From positions 62,001 through 126,000 of the forward strand of contig JAMDHS010000005.1 in NCBI GenBank assembly GCA_029717555.1: DNA of 64,000 bases, written 5' to 3'. The notes under the pieces are model-generated. The model searched no databases and was not told the origin of the DNA. It saw only the letters and a program-made list of their open reading frames with translations. Below, one piece after another: positions 1 through 11,921 of the stretch (positions are counted from its first letter, which is position 1; each line of letters opens with the position of its first letter). This DNA is from Peribolospora baueri. Taxonomy: Eukaryota. A program made the translations under genes and the position numbers.

Positions 1-213
1 GCGACGCCCGAGGACCCCCGGCGCACGCACGGACACTTTCGCAGTCGCAAGGACGGGCGGTCACTCAAGGGAGCGACGTATGACAGGCCTCTGCCATCCA
101 TCGCCAAAGTCGCCGCGAACGAGGCCGCCGTGCAGAATTTCCTCCGCGTGTCCTTGTTTCTCCCTCGGCCCCCTTGGTCACCCACATGCCCAGCCTCGGA
201 AGCGCCCGTGGAC

Positions 214-1047
214 ATGACAACTGCCGAGCTATATGCCTGCCTCCGCCGTCACAGCCTCGAAGCAGAAGCGAGAGAGATGGTGAGCAACGGCGTTCCTCCC
301 TCATACATTCTCGCGGCGATCAGGCGTCTCGGCGGGGATGATACGGGGAAGGAACTCTTGAAGTCATCCCACGGGTTGTTACGGGGCACGGACTCGTCTA
401 CGCTGCGGGCCGAGTGGACGAAAATCGACGGGACCGACACACTGGCCCTGCCGCTCGACACACATGCTCGTCTCAATTTTGTCTCGTCTCCGGTGCCGCC
501 CACGCACGTCTTAGCCGTCCAGCAGAGTCAGGATGGCGGCCTGCTCATCCCCTGCCACGCACTAGTGCTCGCTCTTCAATGCAGTGCTCTGGCCGATCTC
601 CCTCCGGCGATGGCGAATGCGAGCGCCAGCGCCAGCTCGGGCTCGGGAGATCAGCCTCGGCTCACGCACCTGCCGCTCGTGCAGATGCAGGTGCCCGACA
701 TAGAGACCTTCCTGATTCTCTACCGCTGGCTCTACAGCCCCGACGTTCCACGGCTCATCTCTGAACTTCTGCCACCCAAGGAAGACAAGCGTGTGCTGCT
801 GTCCCCTCCAATCCTCCTCTGCTCCGCCAGTCGCGTTAACGGCCTTTGGTGCAACGCCATCCTCCTCGGCGTGCACGATCGCGTGCTCTGGAAGACCATG
901 GAGAGCTGCTGGGCCTGGATTATGTGCGCCTTAGGCAGGGATATTAGAGGTCCCGATGGGAGGCCGCATCCTCGTCTCGCCGCCATTGTCGCCGCCTCAA
1001 CCGCAGCTTTGGGGCCGAGGCCGGAGCGTATGCCTGACCCTTCTTGA
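214..1047 (+). CDS. Clp1 (clampless1)-like protein
   Basis: ORF 130-1047, first in-frame ATG at 214 (the true start may be upstream). Motifs PPTHVLAV..LIPCHALVLALQCSALADLP..LPLVQMQVPDIETFLILYRWLY..VNGLWCNAILLGV resemble basidiomycete Clp1-like proteins as I recall them. Confidence 0.55.
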   Translation: MTTAELYACLRRHSLEAEAREMVSNGVPPSYILAAIRRLGGDDTGKELLKSSHGLLRGTDSSTLRAEWTKIDGTDTLALPLDTHARLNFVSSPVPPTHVLAVQQSQDGGLLIPCHALVLALQCSALADLPPAMANASASASSGSGDQPRLTHLPLVQMQVPDIETFLILYRWLYSPDVPRLISELLPPKEDKRVLLSPPILLCSASRVNGLWCNAILLGVHDRVLWKTMESCWAWIMCALGRDIRGPDGRPHPRLAAIVAASTAALGPRPERMPDPS

Positions 1048-1701
1048 TCTGATTCGAATCGGCTTTGCGTAAAAAAAAAAACCCTTTACCATATCGCTTA
1101 CGTTGAGCGTACATTGTAGGAGGTCCGTCGCTAGACGCCGATATCTCGTCCTCTTCGTCTCGCCCCACTTCCCGAGTCCACGGTTTTTCAGTGAAAGCCG
1201 CATATGCACGCGTCTCTTCGCTCCTCCTCTGACCCCTTTTGCTTGGCACCGGAAAGACGGCATCCATTTTTGTATATAGACAGGGAGAGTAGGCAAACAT
1301 TACTTCAAACGGAAGGTCGTGATGGGCACGTGGAAAGGTAGGTTTGCATGGATCGCGTCAAGGAAGACGGGAAGGCAAAGTGCGAGATCACTCGGTATCA
1401 AGCCAAAAAGAGGGGAGGGGGAAGGGGGCGGGGTCGTCGACGGATCGAGGAGGAGGTAGGTGGTGGTGGTGGTGGTAGTGGTCGTTATGTCACGTGCCGC
1501 GGCCCGCATCTCGACTGGGTCTTCCACCGGCGGCCCAACGCGGCTCTAAGATTCCATGTCGCCCCCTTGGGCATTGGATGAAGCAGGTCCTGTCCTAATC
1601 CTGCTTGCCTCGACACTGTGCACATCTCCTTCCGTCCTCTCGCATCGTCGGCGCACCGAAGCGACAAGAGCGACTCCAGCATCGGGAAGCTGACGAAGAA
1701 G

Positions 1702-3200
1702 ATGTCGGGGATTTGCAGGACAAGGTATGTGTCCGTGCCCGCGCTTCCCATCAGCGCTCCCTTTCTCCTTGCTTGCGCGGGAGGTATGCGTGGTGAACGT
1801 TTGGAACGATTATTTCTTAAATCGCATCCCTTTCCCTCCATTTGCTGCTTGGCGGGCTCTCAGGCTCGCGGAGGAGAGGAAACAGTGGAGGAAGGACCAT
1901 CCATATGTGCGTTTCTGCCTGCGCACGTCCTGCCTGGCTTCTCATTTTCCCTTTCCCTCGCCACGAGATGTGCTCTTTGTACGGGGAGGCGCAACGGCTT
2001 TCCACTAGACCGCTGAACAGACAGCTGAAGGTGCACGACCATTCCAAAGAAGCTTCTTTACTGATTATTTCCTAGTCTCGTTCGTCCGCCCACCACCATC
2101 TCACAGGGCTTCTTCGCTCGGCCAATGAAGAACCCAGACGGCTCGCTGAATCTTCTTCAGTGGGACGTGGGAATTCCAGGAAAGGCAAATGTGAGTTGCT
2201 CGTTTTCCCCTTTCTTTATCCGGTTGGACGGATGAGGCCCTCCCAACGCACGTCGCAGTCGTGCTGGCCTAGTTCTTGCGGCTGGAGACGTTTGGCTGTT
2301 GCTTGCGGGATGCCCGTTTACACATTCATTTGCCATCCGCGTATGTATCTTTCTTAAGACTCCGTGGGAGCATGGACTGTACAAGCTCACGATGACCTTC
2401 CCTGAAGGTGGGGCGTATCCTTACCGTTTTCTCTCGCTCCTGTTGGTGCACCCTTTGTTGGCTGACCTTCTCTCCTTCTCCCACTTACTTGCGATTCAAC
2501 AGACTACCCGTCAAAGCCGCCGAAATGTATGTCAACCTCAGCCAAGTTTTCTATAGCTCATGGCGCCTTGTGGTTGACAGCGAGCACGCTTACTTACGTA
2601 CCTCTCATTCGCCGCCTCAACCCCCCGTCCATCGTGCGCACGTCTCTCAGGCAAGTTCGTCCCTCCTCTCTTCCACCCGAATGTTTACCCTTCCGGAACA
2701 GTGTGCCTCTCCATCTTGGACGAAGACAAGTCTTGGAAGGCATCCATCACCATCAAGCAGGTCAGTCAAGTGGCATGTCTCGCCCTCGCCCGGCGATCTC
2801 ATGCGGTGGTCATCCGGCTCACTCGCCCTCCCACACGACCTCGTCGGCTCTTTATGTCCTCATCGCAGATCTTGATTGGCATTCAAGACTTGCTCAACGA
2901 CCCGAACGCCAACGATCCAGCCCAGGCGGAGGCGTACGGCCTGTTTAGGTGAGCAAGGTCATCACGCTAGTTTCCCCCCTCCGTGGACATTGCTCACGTC
3001 CTCTCATAAAACGACATTTCCCCTTCCACTTTACTTTTACAGGAGAGATAAGCAGGCCTACGAGTGAATATTTTCCCGGGTAGATGGTAAACCGACGCTG
3101 AAGTATGCTTGCTCACCATTCACCTTGTCCACCTTGCCGTCTCATTCCGGCCCGCAGACGCAAGATCCGCGCCCAGGCCAAGGAGTTTACGCCTAAGTGA
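1702..3200 (+). CDS. UBC9: SUMO-conjugating enzyme Ubc9 (9 exons)
   Basis: Spliced: [124 protein letters not shown]..|..|..[13 protein letters not shown]. Canonical GT-AG introns; catalytic Cys in GTVCLSIL. Confidence 0.95.
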
Positions 3201-3698
3201 TGGTCGCACCCTCGTCTTTGACCCCTTGAAAAATGCGTCCTGGGGGACCCCTCGAGCCTGTTGTTTTTGAAACTGCTCGACTATTGTTGTTGTTCCCCGC
3301 ACCGGCCTCCTGTTTCTGCTCTTGTACTACTACCGCCGTTCGTCATTTCTCCTTCCTCTTCTGGCTCTGTCTTCAGCGACGCTTTCCTTCGGGCGATAGG
3401 GGCAAGGCCGGCTAGGTTATGGGAGACGAAGACACTTGAGTGTTGAATTAAAAGACGGCGTCGTTTGAATCAACGGAGCGCTTGGAGAGAGAATTGAGTC
3501 GTCGACGCGGGCGTCGTCGCCGGCGGGCGGTGGCGGTGGCTGTTTGTGAGACAATCGCGTGACGTCAATCGAGGTGATCAGACAGACATGTGCGACGCAT
3601 TCGTCCGCCGATGTTGTGATCGCGCGAAACGCCATCCGATCAATTAACCAAACGTCCATCATCTTGCGCTTCTTCTTGTTCTCCAAGCCGCCCCCGCC

Positions 3699-4635
3699 AT
3701 GGCTTCACAAGCGACGAGCGCCAACGTCAACGGCAGGGACGCTCTCCTCTACCCACCCCCGCTGGAACCTCCGCGACCCATCTCCGCAGGCACCGCGCCG
3801 ATCATACCCCCCGTGCCCGGCGCCGGCGCCAGCTCGGACAACGACGCGAGCAGCGTCCGGTCCGGCAAGAGCAAGAAGTCCAAGAAGAAGAACCTCCCTC
3901 CGCCCGTACCGGCGCACAAGCTCGCCTTTCAGGCTTTCCACGCCGAGCTGGGCGTGAGGTTGCTCAAGGGGAGCATCGGGCCCGTGGACGATGTGCCGAT
4001 GATGGTGAGCGTCTTTCGGCAGACGGGATTGGATGGGTGGATGGCATGGAAGTCAACCGTTTTGATGACAGAAGGAAAGAGCCATTCCAAAGACGAAGAT
4101 GTGGATCGTACGCTCATTTCGAGCGCTCTCCTCCTCCTCCCTCTACACCTCTCTGTGTCCCGTCCTCTGCCCCCGGTAGCTCCGCAACGGCTACCGGCAC
4201 GTCTATGTCGCCCGAGAGTTTGCCCTCGCCCACGGCTTCATCCCCAAGGACACGGTCCCCGGCTCATACGGCTACAACGGCATCACCAACCTAGGCAAGT
4301 GGCCCATCCGCGTCGGCTCCAAGACCGTCTCGTTCACCGTCATGCTTGCCGAGGACAGTTACTTCCCCGTCATCCTTGGTCGGAGCTTTATGGAGAAGAG
4401 GGGCGTGCGCACCGATCCGCTCGATATGACCTCGGTCGTCTTCATGGACACCAACGAGAAGGCCGATGTGGAGATCGTCGTCGTCAGGTGCGTCGCTCGT
4501 TGGCTCCCGATCCGTCCGCACCCTCGCTTTTCGTGGTCGGTCCAGTCTGTAAGCGCGCTCACAGACTTCTCTCTCTCTTCGCTCCCGTCATCTTCTCCCA
4601 GGGACGAGCAAGGCGAGCCCATCCCCATACCCTAA
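3699..4635 (+). CDS. Conserved hypothetical protein with retropepsin-like fold (3 exons: 3699-4004, 4180-4487, 4602-4635)
   Basis: Spliced product ..GVRLLKGSIGPVDDVPMM|LRNGYRHVYVAREFALAHGF..GKWPIRVGSKTVSFTVMLAEDSYFPVILGRSFMEKRGV..; the pattern matches retroviral-type aspartyl protease strands, but DTG is absent. Confidence 0.6.
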
Positions 4636-5362
4636 GCTTTTTTTTTCCTAGCACCTATTATATATTTCCACCACACGTAATCTGACGGTTTACTTCTCGA
4701 GTACGCCCTCCTTTCACCCGCCGTACTAGCACACCTTCGGGCGACCTTGGACCATCTTCCACTCCTCGCAAACCCGCCTTCCTGTCCCTTTGCTTCCTTC
4801 GTCGATCTCTTTGTCCGTCACAGCTGTAGCTTGATCTTATCTCCGTGCTCTCGTAGGATTTTTTGTAACGTGACTAAGAAGGTCCTCCTACACCCTGAAG
4901 AGGCGGACCAAAGAAACGCCGGCAGGCGGGCGCACGCGCCAGCGGCAAGGCTTCGTCGTCGTTCCGACCTTGGGGATTATGATATGATCTCTTTTGATGA
5001 CGGCCCGGCATGAACTGCTACCGTCGAGCCTTGTGCGGTCACATATCTTCCTTTCAGGAAGACGTCACCGCTCGGCTTCCAAGGCAGTAAGGCGGTCGGC
5101 CATGGAACAGGGTGCCCCGTTGGGCCAGCCTCATCCGGCTGACCTCTCGATCTCGCATCTCTCTGACAGGTACGCTCGTGATGTGATTGATACGTACTGC
5201 GAAGACCTGACGGATCCAGTCGTCGTCACGTGCCGTTTGCATCGCGCCCTCTGCTCTGCGCGCGTCGTCTCACTCTCCCTCCTCGTCCTCCCCTTCCTTC
5301 CTCTCCTCCATCTATGCTTTGGCCCTTCAGGCTCTCCCTCAAGTACTGCCACGCCTGGACAG

Positions 5363-5544
5363 GTTTTTACACCACCCATCAGCCAGGTCCCACACCTCTT
5401 TCGGCTCCTACACGCTCGTCCTCTCCCTCCCGCGTCGCGCAGTCGCCGGGAGAGCCGGACGAGGTGTAGGAACCTCGCTGAAAACCGGGGAGGCGTAGGA
5501 GCCGAAAGAGGTGTGGGGACCTGGCTGATGGGTGGTGTAGAAAC
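5363..5544. repeat. Inverted repeat 1 (arms 5363-5411 and 5495-5544, ~50 bp)
   Basis: gtttttacaccacccatcagccaggtcccacacctctttcggctcctac is almost the exact reverse complement of gtaggagccgaaagaggtgtggggacctggctgatgggtggtgtagaaac. Confidence 0.9.
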
Positions 5545-6224
5545 GAGGCGGCAACCGCGGCGAAACGGGTTGGTTTTGCTGGCGGGAGGTTGACGAAGGC
5601 ATACCTCAAAAGAGACATCGCCGACTTTGAAGGAGAAGCGACCGTCGAAGGGGACCTCCCAAGTGATCTCAGCGCATCGCAGGAAGCAAGCGAAGTACAG
5701 GGAGAATGCGCAGCGGTAGGCGACCTTGTCGGAACCGGCGACGACGTTGGGGAAGATCCGATCTTTCCCGCCCAGCTCGCACACGTGCAGCAGTGGGTTG
5801 TCTCCCTCCCTCCAAGGCAGTCGGCTCGCTCGATCAAATCATCCCTTGCCGCCCTTCGATCGTGGCACGTCGACCTCGGCCTAGACGCCTCGGCCCTCTC
5901 AGCACCGTCGGTCGAACGACTCGTCCAGTGCATCAAGCGATGGTACGGCGAGTCAGAGACTCGACACCGCCTCCCGACCACGCTACCGATCCTCCTCGAC
6001 ATCCTCCGACACCTTCCCAACATCGTCGCTGGTCCCGACAACTCGCCTACCGCTGCGCATTCTCCCTGTACTTCGCTTGCTTCCTGCGATGCGCTGAGAT
6101 CACTTGGGAGGTCCCCTTCGACGGTCGCTTCTCCTTCAAAGTCGGCGATGTCTCTTTTGAGGTATGCCTTCGTCAACCTCCCCGCCAGCAAAACCGACCC
6201 GTTTCGCCGCGGTTGCCGCCTCGT
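5543..6224. repeat. Inverted repeat 2 (arms ~5543-5755 and ~6013-6224, ~210 bp)
   Basis: The same YR segment (NIVAG..AYRCAFSLYFACFLRCAE..SKTDPFRRGCRLV) is read on the - strand at 5543-5755 and on the + strand at 6013-6224, with a few substitutions and indels. Confidence 0.92.
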
Positions 6225-6267
6225 CGTCCCAAAAACCGACTTCCCTGCCTGTCCTTTCACCGCCCTC

Positions 6268-6505
6268 CGCAACCTCCATGCTCTCCGAGCGACAGCGGGC
6301 CCGCTGGAGCCGCTTTGTCTCCGCAAACGACGACCCCGTCCTTCTCCCGCACGTCCTTCCTCCGCCACCGCAGACGTTGCAGCCGGCGCAAGCATTCCTG
6401 GAGGACGCGGAGGAAGGACGTGCGGGACAATGACGGGGTCGTCGTTTGCGCGACAAAAAGCGGCGCCAGCGGGCCCGCCGTCGCTCGGAGAGCATGGAGG
6501 GTGCG
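6268..6505. repeat. Inverted repeat 3 (arms 6268-6365 and 6407-6505, ~98 bp, ~41 nt loop)
   Basis: ctccatgctctccgagcgac..cccgcacgtccttcctccgc pairs with gcggaggaaggacgtgcggg..gtcgctcggagagcatggag. Confidence 0.9.
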
Positions 6506-6850
6506 CGACAAAAAAGCGGACACGTCATCGAGCACGTGCTCCTTGCTCTTTTCACCGGTACTTTCACCTATCGGTCCACCGCGCGGAGGTGGAGGGCGAG
6601 ATAAAGACGACGGACGGCGTGTGCATCGCGTTGCGGGCGAGATGCATGCGTTTAGGGACAAGGTGTTGGCCGACTGGAGACCAACTGAGGATGGATTCGA
6701 GCTTTCGGTTATGTACTTTGGAGGACAGCGAGTGTCAAGGAGGGCTAGGAAATGAGGTTCACAGCCCGTTGAAGGAAACCAAAGCGAGAACCAACCGGGA
6801 CAGGAGAAGGAACGAGGCATGAATTGAGAGTGTTATACAAGGATGAGCTT

Positions 6851-9800
6851 TCAAGACAACCTGGCCAAACTCTCTAACGCAGCGATGAGCTCCTCCTCGC
6901 TGACGGTCATACGCTCATGCTCGTTTGTGCCCTTCATCACTTTTTGGCGATCCTCTTTGCTAAGGTCCCCAAAACGCTGGATGAAATCGCCGTCAACAAA
7001 GCCCGCCGGAGGCTGGACGCGGTGCTCAGTGCGGACGGTACGCCATCTGTGAGGCGGTATGGAAAGGACGGCGAAAGAGATGAGTCTTCGCTCTTAACAG
7101 TCAGGCGAGAAGACGTGGTTCGAAGAGCAATCAGGGAAGGAGTTGACTCACTCCTGATGGTCCAAGTTAGCAAAGCTGGGCAACAAGCTCCGCATGTTGC
7201 GCTCCAGGTCAGAACAAATGCGGGACAGCCGCTCGCTCAGCGCGGCAACCATGGCCACCGCGCCGGACGAGGTGCAAAAGATCAAGCGCGGCTCCGCCCC
7301 GGGATCCGCATCCGGCTGCTTGGCAACGAGAGAACCTGTACGCCGAAATGCAAAGCCATCGAAGTAACAACATAAGGAAGGCATGTCAGCGTCTCTCAGT
7401 TTGGGAGAGGCGATACCGCAAGCGAACGCAAACGACCAGACAAACCCTTCTTGAACTTGTTGATCATGTCACCCCAATGGATCCCTCCCATGCTCGTCAT
7501 AGCTCTACTAGGAAGCCCACCATCCCCGTCCTTGGGCCGCTTGGCTCTCTGGGCCGTGAAAAGATTGAAGCCAATCTCGGCGCCGATGAACGTATCGTCG
7601 TCGACCACTTCCGCACTCGTCATCCAGTACGGCTCGTGGTCCCGTGCCACCTCTTCCAGCTTGCCCGTCGTCTCGTCCACGCTCAAGACGACGATGGAGC
7701 GCATCGCGTCTGCCACGACGAGAGTGCGCGGCTCGCGTACCGCGAGAGACATGGCGACGAACGCGCATCCCCAGTCGGCCACGCGTTTGAGCTTGCCTGC
7801 TCCGTCGGCGGAGGCCTCAAAATCAAAGATGATCACCGAGGAGTTGACCGCCGCCGCGACCCGGTTTCCAATCGAGCGCACCGAGTAGACATTGCCGCGC
7901 ACTTCGGTCGATGCGACGACGCGCACCTCACGCTGTCGTGTCAAGCGTAGAACGACCACTCTTCCGCGCGTAGGTTCGGGATCGCGCGGGTCAATGAAGC
8001 CGGTGCCAAGGACGAAGTAGGTGCTGAAGAAAGCAGGTGCCGAGCCGAATGAGGCCGTCGTTACTGACGACAGCACTTCTGTATCTTTAAGGGTGAATCG
8101 TCCGAGCGCTGAAATTGGACATGAGATATCGGATGTGAGCATAACTCTTGGTGGGCACAACCTTGACTCGCGAGAATAGACTTACGTTCGAAAGTGGCAT
8201 CATCGTATAGCTCGAAGAAGCTCCCAGGTCTCTCGCCCATGCTGATCTTCGCCTCATAGACATCGGTCACCACTGCCACGCCATAAGCTTTGGCTGGTGC
8301 ATGATGGCAGATAGCCGTGGGGTTGTTAACACCGAGTTCGATGGTCCGGATGTCCAGCTTCTGGATCTCGTCGATCTGTCCGAACCGAAGGCCTTGAGGG
8401 AGAGCGAAGACAAGTGCGGAGGGCGCATCAGGTGTGATAAACGGTGCGATCGTGCGTACGTCCCGCAGGCCGACCGACGAGTAGCTCAGCTTGTCGCCGC
8501 TCTCAGCGAACACGACGGTGGGGCGGTCGCTGGAAGCAAAGACGCTCCTGACGCCGGTAGCCGTGGCGAAGGGAGCGAGGTCGAGTGAGTGAGTGCCGAG
8601 CGTGGCCGTCTTCTTGTCCTTGACCAAGACGGTCGCGGAGCCTTGCGAGAGGGATAAGGAGTACGAAACAAGAGTGCCGTCGCCGAGGCCGACGAGCATA
8701 CAAGCTCTGCCGGCGGTCGTGGCGGAGCTGCCAAATGAATGGAGGAGGATAGATCGAGGCAAAGATGAGTGGACGTCGTCTGCCAGGGCCGTCGGGATTT
8801 CCTTCAGTTCTGGCAAGGAAAGGAGAGACACCGTGAGTGACTTCCAAAAACCAACGGCGGCTATGCTGGCCGCCGCGGCACCCTGGATCGGCGTCAAATC
8901 AAGGCAGGATACGTCGTTCGAGAGGACGGTCTCTCTGGGAAGGTCATGAAAATCCATGATCAGGAACGCGCTCGACATACTTGAAGCTGCAATGATTGAG
9001 TGCGACTCACTTGATCAACTGAACGCCATGAGCTTCATCCACTTGTAGATACGCGACCCTCCCCTCCTTTCCACCTACGACGACCTGTCCCGCAGCGTTG
9101 CTCGCAGCGACGCTCACTCCATCCTTGGCCTCCCATTTTCCCTTGAGATTTCCACCTTCCCCGACGAAAAACACGCCGGCGTCAGTGACTTGGACGAAGT
9201 CGCCAACCGCACCGATGGCGGCAGCGGAGAGGGTGGGCCGGTCAAGCTTGGCGCCCTCCAGCCTGCTTGAGTCGAGCTCTTCGAAGGAGCCGTCGGTGGG
9301 GGAGAAAAGGAGAGCCAAGGAATTCGCGGGGTGGGAGAGCAAAAGGAGCGTGCTGTAAAGCCGATTGGAAGGTGTCAACCTGGGGTGGCGGTCTAAACCC
9401 TTCAACAGAGCTGCCGGACAATGAACTCACTTGCCGTCCGCGCGAGGAACCGTCCATATCTTCGACACGTCAGCGATGTCGAGCTCTCCAAGCTCGCAAA
9501 GGCCTACACCCTTGCGCACGACGCGAAGCGAGCCAGTCGTTCGGGCTCCAGAGCAAGTAATAAGACGACCCTGCACAATGGATAGACAAGGAGGACGAGT
9601 TTTGAGTACCGGATCTTGACGCCCCAACGATTCTAACTGGGACGCTGGACTCACCTGTCCGGATGCACTTCCCTCTTCTTCGACGACGAAGTCCATGACG
9701 GGACCCAGATTCTTCCAACGATGAACCTCCTCGAGGTAACTCGTCTCCTCAGCCTTCGTATCGGCCTCTCTCCATGTGCTCTGCGATGTACCTTCGCTTT

Positions 9801-11482
9801 TGATTTTCCCCTTCCCCTTGTCCTTCCCAGGGGACGTCTTTGCGACGTCCGCCATGTCCACATCTCCGCCCTCAGCTGCACTTCTTCGAGCGGGATCAGC
9901 CAAGACGCGGTATATGCCACTGTCTCCCGCCGACGAACCGACGAAGACGTAGCTGTCCCCGAGGTAGGTGACGCCTCCGTTGCTCGCGCCGCCCGAGGGA
10001 TTGCTCGGCGTGGGGACGGGACCGAGAAGCATGAGGGAGAGGGAGCGGGCCATCCATCGCGGAGAGGTATTTCCTTGGTGGGACGAAACGGAAGCAGGAG
10101 ATGTGGACAAAGCGGACTCCAGCCCGATATGGAGGCTGAGGAGGTACAGTAGGCCATCGGCGGTGCCTACAAGGAACCACATATCCCGCTCGCTCTTTCC
10201 CGCCTCGGGCTGGTCGCCGGTAGCGGAAGGCGACTGTTGGCCGACGGAGGCAGAGGTGTCCACTGTCGCCACGCTCTCCACTTTCAACGGGCCGAACGGC
10301 AAACGAATGCGGCCACCGATCACTCCAGCAAAGGTCGTGGACGATTTTGACCCTCTTCTCCTCTTGCCTTTGCCCTTCTCCGATACGACGCTGGTCGCTT
10401 CTGCGAGGCTGCCTCTGCGCGCCTTGTGCGGGCTGCTCGAAGGAAATGTCTTGACGTCCGCGGAGTCTGGGATGTGGACGTAGACAATAGAGTATTCGGT
10501 GAAGACGAGCACGCCTCCGACGGGCGAAGGCACCGCATGAAGCGCATGAGCCGTTGCCGCGTCGTCCTCAGCCAGCAGAGCGACACCGGTCTTAGCGTCA
10601 TCCATGCTGACATCAGTGCTGGCCCTGTTGCCTTTGGTGGGGGAGGTAGACGGGACCGGGTAGTAGGGGACGACGTCTTGTGCCTTGAAGTCGATGGTCC
10701 GGAGCAAGAGAGTGGGAACGAGGGTTGGAGAGAGAGCAAGAGTCGCGATCAGAGGTTTCGTGGATGACGTTCCGGAGGGGGAGACAAATGTGAGGGCCAG
10801 TAGGGTGGGTTCAGGGAGCCTGAGAGACACCAGACATGGGAAAGAAGGAGGTCACATCAGTTATGGGTCGAAATGCGCTCGAATGCCTCCAGCAAATGCA
10901 CACTCACCGAACGCTGAAAGCTCTGCCGACGTCAATATAATCTCCATCTTCATCACTGACGGGTATGACCTTGAGCACGCCCGAGTGGGTGTGGGCGACG
11001 ACAGTCCTGGAACCGGAGCCGCCTCCCTCCTTTGTGTCAACCCACACACTATTCAGGTAATCGCTGGCCTTCCTAGCCGGTTCGCTTAGCTCCAGTGCCA
11101 CTTCTGCACGGATATCACTAGAGGGATCCAAACCGGCCGACGTGGGTGAGTGGGTGAGGGCAAGCAAGCGGGGACGGGGATGGTCGGTTAGGACGAGAAG
11201 CGTGCCTTTCTTGGCACGGTTGGCGGAGGGTAGAGCGCGCACGCCGAGGATCCTAGCGTTGAGGGGGATAGTGAGCACGGTGGTGAGAGGCTCCTCTTGT
11301 TCTGCGGTGGCCTTGACCAGTTCATCATGCGCAGGCGAAGGGCCGAGAGACACTACCTGGATGCGGTCGATGTATGCAAGGATGAGCTGAGGGGGCGAGC
11401 CTGAAGAGGGTGTCGTGGTGAAGTGGAGGGTGGCCGAGGAGAGCACCGCCGAGGGCGGGTGGGTCGTCTGGAGATAGAGCAT
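6851..11482 (-). CDS. DDB1: DNA damage-binding protein 1 (DDB1; CPSF-A/MMS1 family), multi-exon
   Basis: N-terminus MLYLQTTHPPSAV; WKNLGPVMDF; LITCSGARTTGSLRVVRKGVG; SLPRSIL; VFASSDRPTV; DPEPTRGRVVV; VADAMRSI; IHWGDMINKF; C-terminal AGFVDGDFIQRF..LESLARLS* (TGA at 6851). Confidence 0.9.
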
Positions 11483-11921
11483 CGTCGCACAGCAGCAAAC
11501 AGAGTGCGAGTGTATGGTCCGTTATCAGGACGAGTAGAAGGTGAAAGCTCGAACTCGAACTGGCCTTGCCCTGCACTCGCGGAGCGTGAGAGATAGCAAG
11601 GTGGTCGAGGCTACGAGAAACGAGACGAGTCGGTTGTCCAGGCTGATGTCTGACAAGGGGTACGATGCAGATTGGCTGTAGTGCAAGCCCATGTAAAAGA
11701 AAAAAGGCAAGCTAAAAGGGTCACTCTGTCGTCCTCGTCTGCGATAGCGATCTGCCGCTCCGTTGTCGTCGTTTTAGTCGTCGTCGTCGTCGCAGTTCGA
11801 CGTCAACGTCTCCGTAGCCCGCCAGTGATCGGCACGGCGACTGCGGTAGCCGCTCACATCAGCATCGCGGACGGACCAGGAAGAATAATATAACACCTCG
11901 TCACTCACGACTCGGCAGACG

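Larger units (their letters stand above)
5363..6505. mobile_element. Degenerate, rearranged tyrosine-recombinase (DIRS/Ngaro-type retroelement) fragment
   Basis: IFPAQLAHVQQWVVSL..SIKSSLAALRSWHVDLG..RHRLPTTLPILL..AFSLYFACFLRCAEIT (box I Arg)..LPASKTDPFRRG..ACPFTALR..PLF. Pieces occur on both strands with frameshifts; no HxxR or catalytic Tyr box is visible. Confidence 0.8.

Noticed and set aside
5590..6822. 410-aa ORF as an intact recombinase gene
   Set aside because: It is stitched from inverted and frameshifted pieces; the Arg box is out of frame and the HxxR/Tyr motifs are absent.
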